A stretch of 58,847 bases of DNA from a virus (Duplodnaviria > Caudoviricetes). How positions within the stretch are numbered: position 1 is the stretch's first letter; every line of letters starts with the position of its first letter. Location of the stretch: the IMG/VR virus record IMGVR_UViG_3300014613_000029, positions 1 through 58,847 of that record; one strand, written 5' to 3'. A program made the translations under genes and the position numbers. This document shows, piece by piece, positions 7,488 to 17,511 of this stretch. Under the pieces are notes generated by a model. It was not told where the DNA came from and did no database searches. It saw nothing but the letters and a program-made list of their open reading frames with translations.

Positions 7488-10301
7488 CTACTGCATTAAA
7501 ATGTCTTCTACTCCGACAATGCCTGAGCTAAGATAAATACCTGTCGCCGCGTCAATCTTAGCTCTATCTTCATCTACTTCTTTCATTAATCTTTTTGTAG
7601 CTTTTAGCAAAGCAAGAACTTTTTCTAATTCTTTTTTGGTCATGCTTGACCTCCTTTCTACCTTACCGATGTGTCATACTCGCAAACTGCATCTTCAATA
7701 ACTTCCCAGTTAGATTCTATAAACTTACCCCACTCTTCTTCGGTAAGACTCTTCTTAGTATCACCCCACCTCGCCTCAAGCTCTTCTAGCTCAGCTGGGC
7801 AAGGAGGGCAGTACTTTCCTCCTTTATCAGGTGGATGGATTCTATACCAGGTTACCTCGATCTCTCGTTCCTCATCTTCACTTACTTGAATGGGAATGGT
7901 TAGGCTCATGGCTTCACTCCTTTCTCTTTAAGATAGACAGCAAACTCATCAACTTTGGAAGGGTGCTGAGGAACGTCTCTTTTGAGACGTTGACCCTCAG
8001 CTTCACTAAGACTTAGCCGCGGCTCCATCTTAGTTATCTGCCCTTCACAAAGTGATGAGAGAAAATAAAGACCTCTTCCTACTCTAGCTACCAGACCTCT
8101 CATAATAAGAGGATTAATCAAAAGGTCGTAAACTTGTGCTCGGTAAACTGGCCTGCCAAATCGTACAGCGACGAGCCAATCGCGTGCCCAGCGATAGGTA
8201 AACTGCCCTTCACTCAGTGAATTGACGAAGTCATCAGCAAGACTCATTACTTTCACCACTCCCATTCTTCTGTTCTTGGCTCAATACCTTGAGAGTGCAA
8301 CCAAAGTATCAGCTTTCCGTCAAAGCAGCTGCCACATATATCGATACTAATCTCTTCACCACTACCACCTTCGGGATAGCTGTCGCCAGTACGATGTTTG
8401 ACTATTGCTTCTTCAGCACTAAAGCGTTTATATTCTATCTTGTTTCCACACAGATCACAAGTCACCTTATCAATTACTTGTTTCTCTTTTGCTGGGACTT
8501 GAATCGTTCTTATATGCTTCATGTTAACTCCTATTTCTCTTTAGTTAAGGCATCCTCAACTTTTCTTTTACTACTCTGAAGTCACTCTTTAAGACTTCGA
8601 TCTGCGTATTGTGTTTAGCAATCTGCCCGACGTAATCAAACTTTTCCCACTTCGCAACGATGAAGCCTGATTGGAAGCAGGACCATCCGAATAGGATGGT
8701 GATTGCTAACCAAAAGAAGAGATCTCGTTTACTCATCTCTTGTCCTCCTTTTGTAAGCCCTTAAGATATTCTGCTCTGCTTTTGCCGTATACTTCTAACT
8801 CCTCTTTTGTAGCTCTGCAATCCTCTTCGTCACAAAAAGGTCCGTCATCTGCATGGTACTTGCATTTGCCATAATAGCATTCAATAGTCACTGCTTCTTA
8901 CCTCTCTTCTTCAAAGCTTGACAAGGCTCTGTGAGATACTTCTCACATGCTCTCCACCCATCCTGGAAGTCTTGGAATGCAGGGTCGATAATCTCGTGCC
9001 AAGTCTTTGAGTATTGTAGGTAATAAGATAGTATTATAACACCGACTTGGCCTTCGTTGATGTTCCAGTAGTTCTGTGGTGGAGCAATTTCGTTGTGAGT
9101 AACAAGTTCTTTGTACTCATCAAAGGTGATGACTTTTGCTTGAGAGTCTCTCCAAAGTGGGAAGGTATTAAGATGTTTAACGGCTGCTCTAAATGATGGT
9201 GAGTCTTTTCTACCAGAGTACTTTAAATACCATTCATGCTCTTTCTTCTCTTTCTTCTCCTTTTGCTTCTCTTGCTCTTCCATCTTCGCTCCTTTCTGCC
9301 TTCTCGTAGGCATTTAACACCTTTTCAAGACACCAAGGATGTAAAGTGTGGTGTTCAACTAAGATGACTTGATCATCCACTTCCCAACAAAGCTCACACC
9401 TCCTAAGGTTCGTATCCTCCAGGATGTGACTTCGTCGACACGAACACTTCGGCTCGTTAAGCGAGCATCCTTCACAAACAAGCTTGTTGAAGGCAAGGCG
9501 TGGGTAGTAGGCACACTCACCTGCCAGCTTGGCGTCAAACTTTCCTCCAAGTGCTCGGTAAGCTTGATGTGTTAAGGTAACGAAGGTATGCCTAACCTTC
9601 TTACTTTTCCTGCGTGAGCCCACCAGGCCTCCTTACCACCCTCGGAGAGACACGGATCGGTTCAACCCAAGCCTTGGGCACTTCGATCGCTACTTCCCTT
9701 TCCTTAGGCTGGTGTCGATCTGATAAGATTAAAGCTGCGGTGTACTCACCAGTACGCCATTTAAAGATTGATGTCTTTTTCATCTCAATTCTCCTTTCTC
9801 GCTTCGAGAACCTCATACCTTCCTCTCTCCACCCTCTTAATCCTTTTCTCGAAGAGCAAAGGCCCGATTACTAAGGCAAAGCCCTCAGCTTGGTGCACGT
9901 ATCGTTCAGAGTGAAGGCCTGCCATAAAAAGGTAAACCTCTTTTGAGGTAAAGGCCCGTTTCTTCAACGAAGCAAGGAACCTCTCTCGTATCGTCATCTT
10001 CGATGTTTTTACTAAGGGAGGTTGTTGAACGATCTTCCTGTTAGTTTGAGTACTCATCACCTTGATCACCACCTTTCCCTTTGTCTTAAATATCAAGATA
10101 CTTTGTATCGGGTATTGGAGCAAAAGCCATAAATACCTCATTTAACTCATTTTCTCCTTCAATAAAGAGTTCATAATTTCCGACTGTTATGGTGAGAAAA
10201 GGCTCACATCCTCTCGTGTCAGGCCAAAACACTTTCCCTTCTCCTTGAACTTGCTCATTAGTTTTAACATTTACTATTCTCATAAAGACCTCCCTTCGCA
10301 A
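7488..10301 (-). CDS. Cluster of about 12 small early hypothetical genes (e.g. 7488-7643, 7658-7909, 7906-8265 wHTH-like, 8253-8522 Zn-finger, 8545-8736 membrane, 8888-9283, 9234-9623 Cys-rich, 9601-9783, 9785-10058, 10086-10283)
   Basis: Tightly packed minus-strand ORFs, most with AGGAG/GGAGG RBS, downstream of the sigma70-type promoter at 10367-10395. Confidence 0.6.
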
Positions 10302-10366
10302 AGTGTTTGTAAAGTGTAAAAAGTGTGAGTGTAAATAAAGTAGGTTAGTTTATAGTTCATATATTA

Positions 10367-10395
10367 ATTATACAATTAATTATTTAAAAAATCAA
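10367..10395 (-). promoter_or_regulatory. Sigma70-type early promoter P1
   Basis: TTGATT-N17-TATAAT on the minus strand. Confidence 0.75.
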
Positions 10396-10459
10396 TATTA
10401 AAATTCCTTAATAAAATTAACAAGTTATACGTTTACTAAAAAATTCAATAATTTTAACA

Positions 10460-10830
<371 letters not shown>

Positions 10831-10881
10831 GCTAATACCGGAGGGGGGCAAATGCTTACGAGAAGAAAGGGGTTTGGCGTG

Positions 10882-10930
10882 AAAAGAAGGAAGGGTGGCT
10901 CTACATCCTGTGTAGATCACTTCCACCCTT
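10882..10930 (-). terminator. Terminator after paralog A copy 2
   Basis: AAGGGTGG/CCACCCTT stem with inner TCTACA/TGTAGA, then a U-rich tail. Confidence 0.6.
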
Positions 10931-10947
10931 TGTGCCCGTCGATGGCA

Positions 10948-11133
10948 TTAGGCCTTCATTGCTTTGATGACCTCGTCATCGCTTACTTTAATGCCTGCTT
11001 TCTCTGCTTTAGCAAGCATGAGCTTCAACCAGGTCTGCCTTTTTAAGAAAGAACGTTTGTTGATTGCCCGGACATGATCGTCGTGTGCCGCTTTTTGCCT
11101 AAGAATCTTTTCCTCTTCGATACTGAGTGCCAT
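10948..11133 (-). CDS. Small basic protein, paralog family A (copy 2)
   Basis: AINKRSFLKRQ...LMLAKAEKAGIKVSDDEV; AGGAGG RBS. Confidence 0.8.
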   Translation of the reverse strand: MALSIEEEKILRQKAAHDDHVRAINKRSFLKRQTWLKLMLAKAEKAGIKVSDDEVIKAMKA

Positions 11134-11186
11134 TGTCGTCTTCCTCCTTTTTTGTTTTATTTGAGAAGTCTTACCCTCTCAATTAT

Positions 11187-11215
11187 AGTATACAATCTTT
11201 TAGTAGAGAAATCAA
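11187..11215 (-). promoter_or_regulatory. Sigma70-type early promoter P2
   Basis: TTGATT-N17-TATACT. Confidence 0.75.
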
Positions 11216-11459
11216 CTGTAAAAAACTTCAATAAACTTAAGTGTTTACAAGGTTACTAAACCTTAATAATTTCAATAAGTTAAAGAAGAATACTATAGTA
11301 AAGAAAATATTTAATAAACAACTACCAAAACAAATGCACACGAAAAGGAAGGGTGGTGGGTTGAAAGGAAAGTTTGCTGAAGGTAATGCACACGAGATAG
11401 GCGGGGGGGTGTGAAGAAAAAAAGAGGAAGCCTTCTGTAATGAAGACCTCCTCTTAGGA

Positions 11460-11693
11460 TTATTTTACTAAGCTATCTTCAGGAGCAAGTATTAGGTTTT
11501 TGGAAGGACAGTCACACTCAAGCTCTGAACAGACACAGTCCAGGCCACTACCATCTTCATACATTCCCTTCCCTGATGGAGTACCTTTGAAGAAGATGCT
11601 CCTTGTTCCATTGTAGTGCCCATCCCATGCTATATCCTTACAAGACCATCTAAGGTTAGGATGGTTCTTACAGGTTAGGATTCTGTGTTTCAT
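11460..11693 (-). CDS. Cys-rich hypothetical protein
   Basis: AGGAGG RBS; followed by a hairpin plus T-tract at 11413-11457. Confidence 0.65.
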   Translation of the reverse strand: MKHRILTCKNHPNLRWSCKDIAWDGHYNGTRSIFFKGTPSGKGMYEDGSGLDCVCSELECDCPSKNLILAPEDSLVK

Positions 11694-11772
11694 TCCTCTT
11701 ACCTCCTATTAAGGATAAAGAGGGAAGGGCATTGCTTCCTGAGCAACTCACTTCCCTTCCCTTCTTGGCAGG

Positions 11773-11958
11773 CTACTTCCCCAAATTGGCAAGTCTCTTC
11801 ATCTCTGCTGCAACCTCAGCATCACTCACTGTGATATTGGCCTTTACAGCCTTGGCAAGTAAAAGCTTGATCCTTGCCTGCCTTTTCAGGAAACTCTTCT
11901 TATTGATTGCCTGCATCTTCTCCCACTTCTCTGCCTTTTCTTTTTCTGTTAATGCCAT
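11773..11958 (-). CDS. Small basic protein, paralog family A (copy 3)
   Basis: AINKKSFLKRQ...LLLAKAVKANITVSDAEV. Confidence 0.8.
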   Translation of the reverse strand: MALTEKEKAEKWEKMQAINKKSFLKRQARIKLLLAKAVKANITVSDAEVAAEMKRLANLGK

Positions 11959-11988
11959 TTTCCTTTCCTCTTTTTTCTCATTCTCACT

Positions 11989-12153
11989 TTAATGAGGTTG
12001 GTTAGTTAGTTTCTTGAAAGTGTTCAATACTTCCATATACCTTTCTATAAAATACTTCTCAATACACTCCTTAAACTGTTTGTCACCTTCTTTTAAATGA
12101 AACTCATCCAACTTATCACCATCTTCATACAACTCAATGAAAATTTCTTTCAT
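11989..12153 (-). CDS. Hypothetical 54-aa protein (MKEIFIELYEDG...), below the ORF-track cutoff
   Basis: Read manually; GGGGGTG RBS; first gene after promoter P3. Confidence 0.6.
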   Translation of the reverse strand: MKEIFIELYEDGDKLDEFHLKEGDKQFKECIEKYFIERYMEVLNTFKKLTNQPH

Positions 12154-12180
12154 CTTCTCTCACCCCCTTTCTTCAACTAT

Positions 12181-12209
12181 AGTATAACATAAACTTAGTG
12201 AAAAATCAA
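12181..12209 (-). promoter_or_regulatory. Sigma70-type early promoter P3 (extended -10)
   Basis: TTGATT-N17-TATACT with TGn before the -10. Confidence 0.75.
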
Positions 12210-12581
12210 GTACCAAACTCTTCAATAAAATCAACAAGTTACCCCAACACTAAATGTCCAATAAAATCACATAGTTATAATGTTCATGAAAAGAATACTA
12301 AAGTACTCTTTAAGTTTTAATAAACTATTCTTTTTAAAAGAATACTATATTAAATAAACTTTTTAATAAAGAATGCTCACGAAAACAAAACAGTGCTGGT
12401 GGTTTATTAAATAAACTCTTTAATAAACCTGCTGATGCTTTAGTACTCTTCCAGCTTTACTAAACAATGCTTACGAAAAAGTGTAGACCTCAAAAATGAA
12501 TGTTGACGAAATCATGGATAGTTCTCTCATATACGCAGTGTTTAGATCTGAAAAAAATCTTGATCTCTATAATAAAAAATC

Positions 12582-12610
12582 TTGCATATTTTATTTTAAT
12601 ATGTTATAAT
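12582..12610 (+). promoter_or_regulatory. Sigma70-type rightward promoter for the packaging/structural arm
   Basis: TTGCAT-N17-TATAAT with TGn extension, 30 bp before the first plus-strand gene. Confidence 0.7.
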
Positions 12611-12639
12611 ATACTTAAAGACTAATAAGGGTAGTCATT

Positions 12640-12969
12640 ATGATGCACTATTGTGGTGTATGTAAAAAGGTTGGTGAAAGAAACAAACTAATTGTTGAGC
12701 ATCATAGATCTTACCGTCCTGAGGTAATAGTGTTAGTATGCCAGTCTTGCCACAAACTAATTCATAGATTAGCTAAATACCCAGACCGGCAACTAATAAG
12801 AATGGTAAAGGAGGCCGTGGCTTATAGACCGAATACTGAAGATGGGGCGAATTTTGGCCGCTGGACATACGATGACGAACTGAGAAAGACAGGTAAAAAG
12901 AGACTACGTCCTTCAAAAGTGTCCTTAACTAAAGTTGATCAGATTCTTGAACCGAAGTATATGAGTTAG
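12640..12969 (+). CDS. HNH-like Zn-finger endonuclease (terminase-associated)
   Basis: CGVC...EHHRSY...LVCQSCHKLIH; directly upstream of the terminase genes. Confidence 0.65.
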   Translation: MMHYCGVCKKVGERNKLIVEHHRSYRPEVIVLVCQSCHKLIHRLAKYPDRQLIRMVKEAVAYRPNTEDGANFGRWTYDDELRKTGKKRLRPSKVSLTKVDQILEPKYMS

Positions 12970-12979
12970 GTTAAACAAG

Positions 12980-13399
12980 ATGAACGCTTTAACTTTATCC
13001 AGTACGTACTCTGATCCGGGCCGGAAGGTAAAAAGGAGTGATTATGAACCTTTACCTTTAAAGTGGAAGGTCGTTTTGGATTACCGCCTTTCAGGTAAAC
13101 GCGTGCCGGAGATTTGCCGCTTGACGGGTTACTCACCACCTACGGTGTATCATATATTAAATCATGAAAGAACCCTACTTGCAAAACAATTCCTTTTAGA
13201 ACAAACGCAGGAAGAGTTTTCCTGTCTCTTCGAGAAGGTTACTAAAGTTATTGAAGAGAAGTTAGGCGATCCTGAAAAGCAGCTTGAGGCTGCCTCGTTA
13301 TGGCTCAAGGCTAATGGGAAGTTTAAGGATACTGGGAAGCTTCAAGTAAATGTGAGTGCTGAAGACATCGTCATGCAAATCTTGAACCAGGAAGGTTGA
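12980..13399 (+). CDS. terS: Terminase small subunit (HTH)
   Basis: HTH (VPEICRLTGYSPPTVYHIL); stop overlaps the TerL start. Confidence 0.7.
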   Translation: MNALTLSSTYSDPGRKVKRSDYEPLPLKWKVVLDYRLSGKRVPEICRLTGYSPPTVYHILNHERTLLAKQFLLEQTQEEFSCLFEKVTKVIEEKLGDPEKQLEAASLWLKANGKFKDTGKLQVNVSAEDIVMQILNQEG

Positions 13400-14994
13400 T
13401 GTTAAGTAAAGAAGGCAAAATCATCCAGGGCATGTTTCAAATCTCAACGAAGGAGGGCCCGCGCGTTCCGTTTAAGCTAAATACCTTCCAGCTTTGGCTC
13501 GATGAAATGATTCATGATCCAGACTACCGCTCTTTCATTCTGGCGAAACCCCGCCAGAAGGGTGGCTCATCCTACATCGAAGCAGTCCTCTCAACTCGTT
13601 GTCTTGGAAAGATAGGCACTCGAGCCGTCGTAATGAGTCATGAAGGAGAGGCTACGCAGCGTCTCTTGGACAAAGTCCACTTCTACCTTAAGTATACCAA
13701 CCCGCTACCTGCTTATGATCGTAACTCTAGAAACGAGCTCGCCTTCGGAAAGACAGACTCAACGTTTTACATTGGCACTGCTGGTGCACGGGCCTTCGGC
13801 AGGGGTGATACCATTACTGATCTGCACTGCAGTGAGTACTCGTTTTGGATGGATGCTGTGAAGCATTCAATCGGCCTCTTCCAAGCTGTACCGGCCTCAG
13901 GCTTTAAAATTCTCGAATCAACGGGCAATGGAAGGAATAACGACTTTCACTACATCTGGCAACATGCCGATCGGATGGGCTATAAACGCTTGTTTGCTCC
14001 GTGGTTCATCGATCTTGAGTATTCACGCTCGTTACCTTACGCAGACTGGAACCTTCGCGACGTTGATACTCAACATCTTACCTACCTCATAAACCTTCAA
14101 GGTAAGTTCAATCTCTCGATAGAGCAGATGTTTTGGTATGCCTGTAAACTCGCCGAACTTCGTGATGACCTTCACCTTATGCAGCAGGAGTATCCTGGTG
14201 AACCGGAGGAATGCTTCCAGGCGACGGGCGGGTCGATCTTTCCTGATGCTGAGCTCACCTCAAGTAAGGCCTGGCAAGATCTCTTACTCTTTAACATTAG
14301 GATGTTTGGCCTTCCAGACCATCCCAGGCCTGATCTTCACTACGTCTTCGGTGGAGATCCTTCGGGCGGTACGGGTCATGATGATGCGGGCCTTGTATGC
14401 TTTTGTGTAGAGACCTTCGAGCAGGTTTTACGGTTTAGTTCAAACACTACCGATCCAGTAATCTTTAGCAAGCTTCTTATCGATCTTGGTAGGTTTTACA
14501 ACCATGCCTACCTAGTCACCGAATCGAACAATCATGGTGCTGCCGTTATCCCGATCCTGAAGAGAGACTACGATCGTTCTCTTCTCTATTATTACAAACG
14601 CGCCACAACGAAGTCTCCGGCTAAATACGGCTGGCTTAATACCCAGCAACATAAACAAGAGCTGGTTGGTGGGATGCAAGAGATGCTTGATCAGTTTACC
14701 TTCTATGATAAGAAGACGGTGGAGGAACTTCAAGCCTTCGAAGAAGATGCTGAAGGCAGGATGGGCGCGAAGAGTGACAACCTCGTCATTGCCGCAGGCC
14801 TTGGCATGCTAGGGTGTATGAAGCAAATCAGGTTCAGGACGGATTACCTCACTCCACCACCTTTACCGAAGGAGAAGCCTTCTTCGTATATGTTCTGGAC
14901 ACTTGATGATGCGTTAAAGAGCATTGAGATGCAGCAAAGGCGAAGTGGATACTTCAAGCCACAAGTACAGATCGGGACGGGTTGGGTAAACTAA
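13396..14994 (+). CDS. terL: Terminase large subunit
   Basis: KPRQKGGSS Walker A, LHCSE Walker B, ESTGNG coupling motif, GGDPSGG and ESNNHG nuclease motifs. Confidence 0.95.
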   Translation: MMLSKEGKIIQGMFQISTKEGPRVPFKLNTFQLWLDEMIHDPDYRSFILAKPRQKGGSSYIEAVLSTRCLGKIGTRAVVMSHEGEATQRLLDKVHFYLKYTNPLPAYDRNSRNELAFGKTDSTFYIGTAGARAFGRGDTITDLHCSEYSFWMDAVKHSIGLFQAVPASGFKILESTGNGRNNDFHYIWQHADRMGYKRLFAPWFIDLEYSRSLPYADWNLRDVDTQHLTYLINLQGKFNLSIEQMFWYACKLAELRDDLHLMQQEYPGEPEECFQATGGSIFPDAELTSSKAWQDLLLFNIRMFGLPDHPRPDLHYVFGGDPSGGTGHDDAGLVCFCVETFEQVLRFSSNTTDPVIFSKLLIDLGRFYNHAYLVTESNNHGAAVIPILKRDYDRSLLYYYKRATTKSPAKYGWLNTQQHKQELVGGMQEMLDQFTFYDKKTVEELQAFEEDAEGRMGAKSDNLVIAAGLGMLGCMKQIRFRTDYLTPPPLPKEKPSSYMFWTLDDALKSIEMQQRRSGYFKPQVQIGTGWVN

Positions 14995-14995
14995 G

Positions 14996-15523
14996 ATGCC
15001 TAATCTTCGACAGAAGATTCTAAAGAAGATTTTTGAGAGGGGTGTTGAGTCGGTCTCTAAAAAAGACTTGAAAGCTCTTTTTAGTAAAGGAAGTAAGAGA
15101 ACTCATCTTTTTAGGCATGACTGGGATCCTTTAGAGCTTGCTAGAAGTGGGTTTGAAAAGACTGGCAGACCCGATGATATCAGAGGAATATATTATGCAA
15201 GAGACCCTGATGTCCTTCAGTACTTAGTTCCAGTTGAAAGTACTTCATATGCTAGTAAAATTAGACCTAACGTTGAAGGGATTCCCCGTCCCGGAGCAAA
15301 ATGGAAGGATATCTCTAGAGCTACTTTCGACGAGGATGTAGAGAACTTAGGAATTGACTTTGGAACGAGGAAAGACCCTTCTGGGTTACAAGAAGTAATT
15401 CAACTTGCTCCTAATAATGTTTTAGCAAAGATAAGGACAAAGAAGGGTATCATGTATCGTATTCTCAGCGTCTTAGGAGCTCTAGAGCTTTTAGAAAAGA
15501 GTAAAAGCGAAGAAAGGAGGTAG
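14996..15523 (+). CDS. ADP-ribosyltransferase-fold putative virion effector E1
   Basis: LFRH...GIYYA...QEVIQLAP, colinear with the two ART-like modules of the giant ejection protein. Confidence 0.55.
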   Translation: MPNLRQKILKKIFERGVESVSKKDLKALFSKGSKRTHLFRHDWDPLELARSGFEKTGRPDDIRGIYYARDPDVLQYLVPVESTSYASKIRPNVEGIPRPGAKWKDISRATFDEDVENLGIDFGTRKDPSGLQEVIQLAPNNVLAKIRTKKGIMYRILSVLGALELLEKSKSEERR

Positions 15524-15527
15524 TGCG

Positions 15528-16556
15528 ATGGCTACTGTATTACTAATAAACAAAAGAAACGAAGGTGTACCAATTGCGCTCAGACTGGCACAACAAGAAG
15601 GACATATTGTGAAGCTTTACTCATTAAACGATCACGCAGGATGCTTACAAGGCTTTAAGAATCCAGCCTTTATAGGCAACCCAAAGCGTATGGTAGAGCA
15701 ATACGATCTTGTCCTCAAGACCAATGAGTTCGGCGAGCGACTCCTCACCGACGATGAGTACTACCTAAAGGTCTGGAAGACTGTCCTTCCCTTACCTCTC
15801 TTCGATCAGTATGAATGCAAAGACGCCTTGAAGATCACCCTTGAGGGTTGGTTCACAGGCCAACACTGGTCACCTTTAGTAACCTTCTGTATCGACGACG
15901 AACGCCTAATGGACGGCGATCGAGGCGTCCTAACACCAAGTATGGGTTCGACGATGATCTCGCTCCGCGAAGGTAAGCTATTCGACACTCTTCTCCAACC
16001 TTTCACCGAGCTCCTCCAGAAGGTCTCCTACACCGGGCCTTTCAGTGTTGAAGCCTTCCTCAAGGAAGACAAAGTATGGTTAGGCTTCTTTCGCCCTCAC
16101 TACCAATACGATCATCTTCCCTTAATTTGTGAGCTTCTCCGGGAGCCCCTCTTTACCTTTCTTTACCAATTAACGCTTGATCAGAACTACCAACCACAGG
16201 TAAGTCAGGATGTAGCGCTTGGGGTAAGACTTAGTCTCAGTCCGTGGCCTCTTGAAGCTGATTGCAATCACCTGAAGGGTCGTTGTGATCTTGAAGTGCC
16301 GAAAGAAGCAAGGCCTCATGTCTGGCTTCGTGACGTATGCCGTAACGGTGATGAAGAGGAACGTACTGCAGGATGTGATGGAGTTCTCGCCTTCGTAACA
16401 GCTCATGGCAGTGATGTCAACGAAGCAAGGCGACGCGTTTACCGAACGATTAGTAACATTGTAAAGACAAAGGACGTGCAGTATCGCTCTGATGTCGGTT
16501 CGATATTTAACGACTCGATAAGTGAACTAAAGGGGCAAGGTTGGCTAAATGCCTAG
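15528..16556 (+). CDS. ATP-grasp ligase, PurD (GAR synthetase)-like
   Basis: RLMDGDRGVLTPSMGS resembles the PurD GDxGPNTGGMG loop; C-terminal G.dv.eArrrvY...YRSDVG matches the PurD C domain. Confidence 0.75.
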   Translation: MATVLLINKRNEGVPIALRLAQQEGHIVKLYSLNDHAGCLQGFKNPAFIGNPKRMVEQYDLVLKTNEFGERLLTDDEYYLKVWKTVLPLPLFDQYECKDALKITLEGWFTGQHWSPLVTFCIDDERLMDGDRGVLTPSMGSTMISLREGKLFDTLLQPFTELLQKVSYTGPFSVEAFLKEDKVWLGFFRPHYQYDHLPLICELLREPLFTFLYQLTLDQNYQPQVSQDVALGVRLSLSPWPLEADCNHLKGRCDLEVPKEARPHVWLRDVCRNGDEEERTAGCDGVLAFVTAHGSDVNEARRRVYRTISNIVKTKDVQYRSDVGSIFNDSISELKGQGWLNA

Positions 16557-17391
16557 TAGTGAACTACTAGCAAAGATGTTAGTAGAAGAAGCAGCTAAGA
16601 AGGGCTATCTTAAAGGCTCTAAAATAGCTCTAAGAGAGATTCGTAGGTCAACTATAAAAGACCTTCTAGGCAAGGTATTCAAGATAAGACCTGAGCCGGC
16701 TGAGGAAGTTCCTGGTTTATATAGAATGCACCCGCCAAAAATGCCTATAGAGCCTGTTTCTGAAGAACATGCAAGAGTAATGGAGGGTGTACTGCAGCCA
16801 ATGGCAGGAGTTCCGGTCGGTAGTAGACCAAGCGAGGATAGACTAAAATTAGTGGCTTCAATACTTGGGAACTTTAGATATGAAAGACTAGCTAAGTACC
16901 TTGCAACAAAACCTCCTGAGCAAGCCTATAAAACATATAGAAGACAGGGACGTGGTGAAACATTAAAAGAATATCTTCGGTCTCATACTCTCGATGTAGA
17001 TGTTTCTAACCTCGAAGAGTTTGTGAAAATACCTGTAGCACAGAGAGGAGTTCTAACTGCAGCTTTAAGAGCAGAACAAGCGGTAGGTGGTCCTATAGGA
17101 ACCTCAGAGCTTATGAGAACTCCTGTACCAGAAAAGACTGGTAGGACTCAATTATTCGTCAGCGGGCCTATGCACCGAGGAGGTTGGTCACCTTGGGACT
17201 GGTCTGATAGAATGTTACGTCATTTAAATAGTTTAGCTAAGCGCGGTTACCTTAATAAAAATAAGACCAGTGGCAGGTATAAGTTCTCTTCCACGGAAAA
17301 GGCTCGTAATCTTATAAAGACTTTAGGAGCAACATCTGGATTAGGGTTAGGACTAAGTGAAAGTACATTACCTCCCGGAGGGGAAGATTAA
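16549..17391 (+). CDS. Putative virion effector E2 with C-terminal winged-HTH-like segment
   Basis: HLNSLAKRGYLNKNKTSGRYKF; C-terminal Gly-rich hydrophobic tag. Confidence 0.55.
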   Translation: MPSSELLAKMLVEEAAKKGYLKGSKIALREIRRSTIKDLLGKVFKIRPEPAEEVPGLYRMHPPKMPIEPVSEEHARVMEGVLQPMAGVPVGSRPSEDRLKLVASILGNFRYERLAKYLATKPPEQAYKTYRRQGRGETLKEYLRSHTLDVDVSNLEEFVKIPVAQRGVLTAALRAEQAVGGPIGTSELMRTPVPEKTGRTQLFVSGPMHRGGWSPWDWSDRMLRHLNSLAKRGYLNKNKTSGRYKFSSTEKARNLIKTLGATSGLGLGLSESTLPPGGED

Positions 17392-17399
17392 CAAGTTAA

Positions 17400-17489
17400 A
17401 GGGGCAGGGGTGGTTGATGTGACGAGCTACCTCCTCTCGTTTGGCCGGAAGGATATGCCAGAGTCCGATAGGCTAGCCTCCCTGCCTCA
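17400..17489 (+). other. Intergenic stem-loop
   Basis: GGGGCAGGG (17401) pairs with CCCTGCCTC (17480), enclosing about 65 nt. Confidence 0.45.
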
Positions 17490-17511
17490 TCACTTTGTGA
17501 AAGGTTGAAGG

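Noticed and set aside
15528-16556. PurD (with the PurN-like gene at 52542) as purine-biosynthesis auxiliary metabolic genes
   Set aside because: They are 36 kb apart in unrelated modules, both are divergent, and no other pur genes are present; context points to virion and DNA modification.
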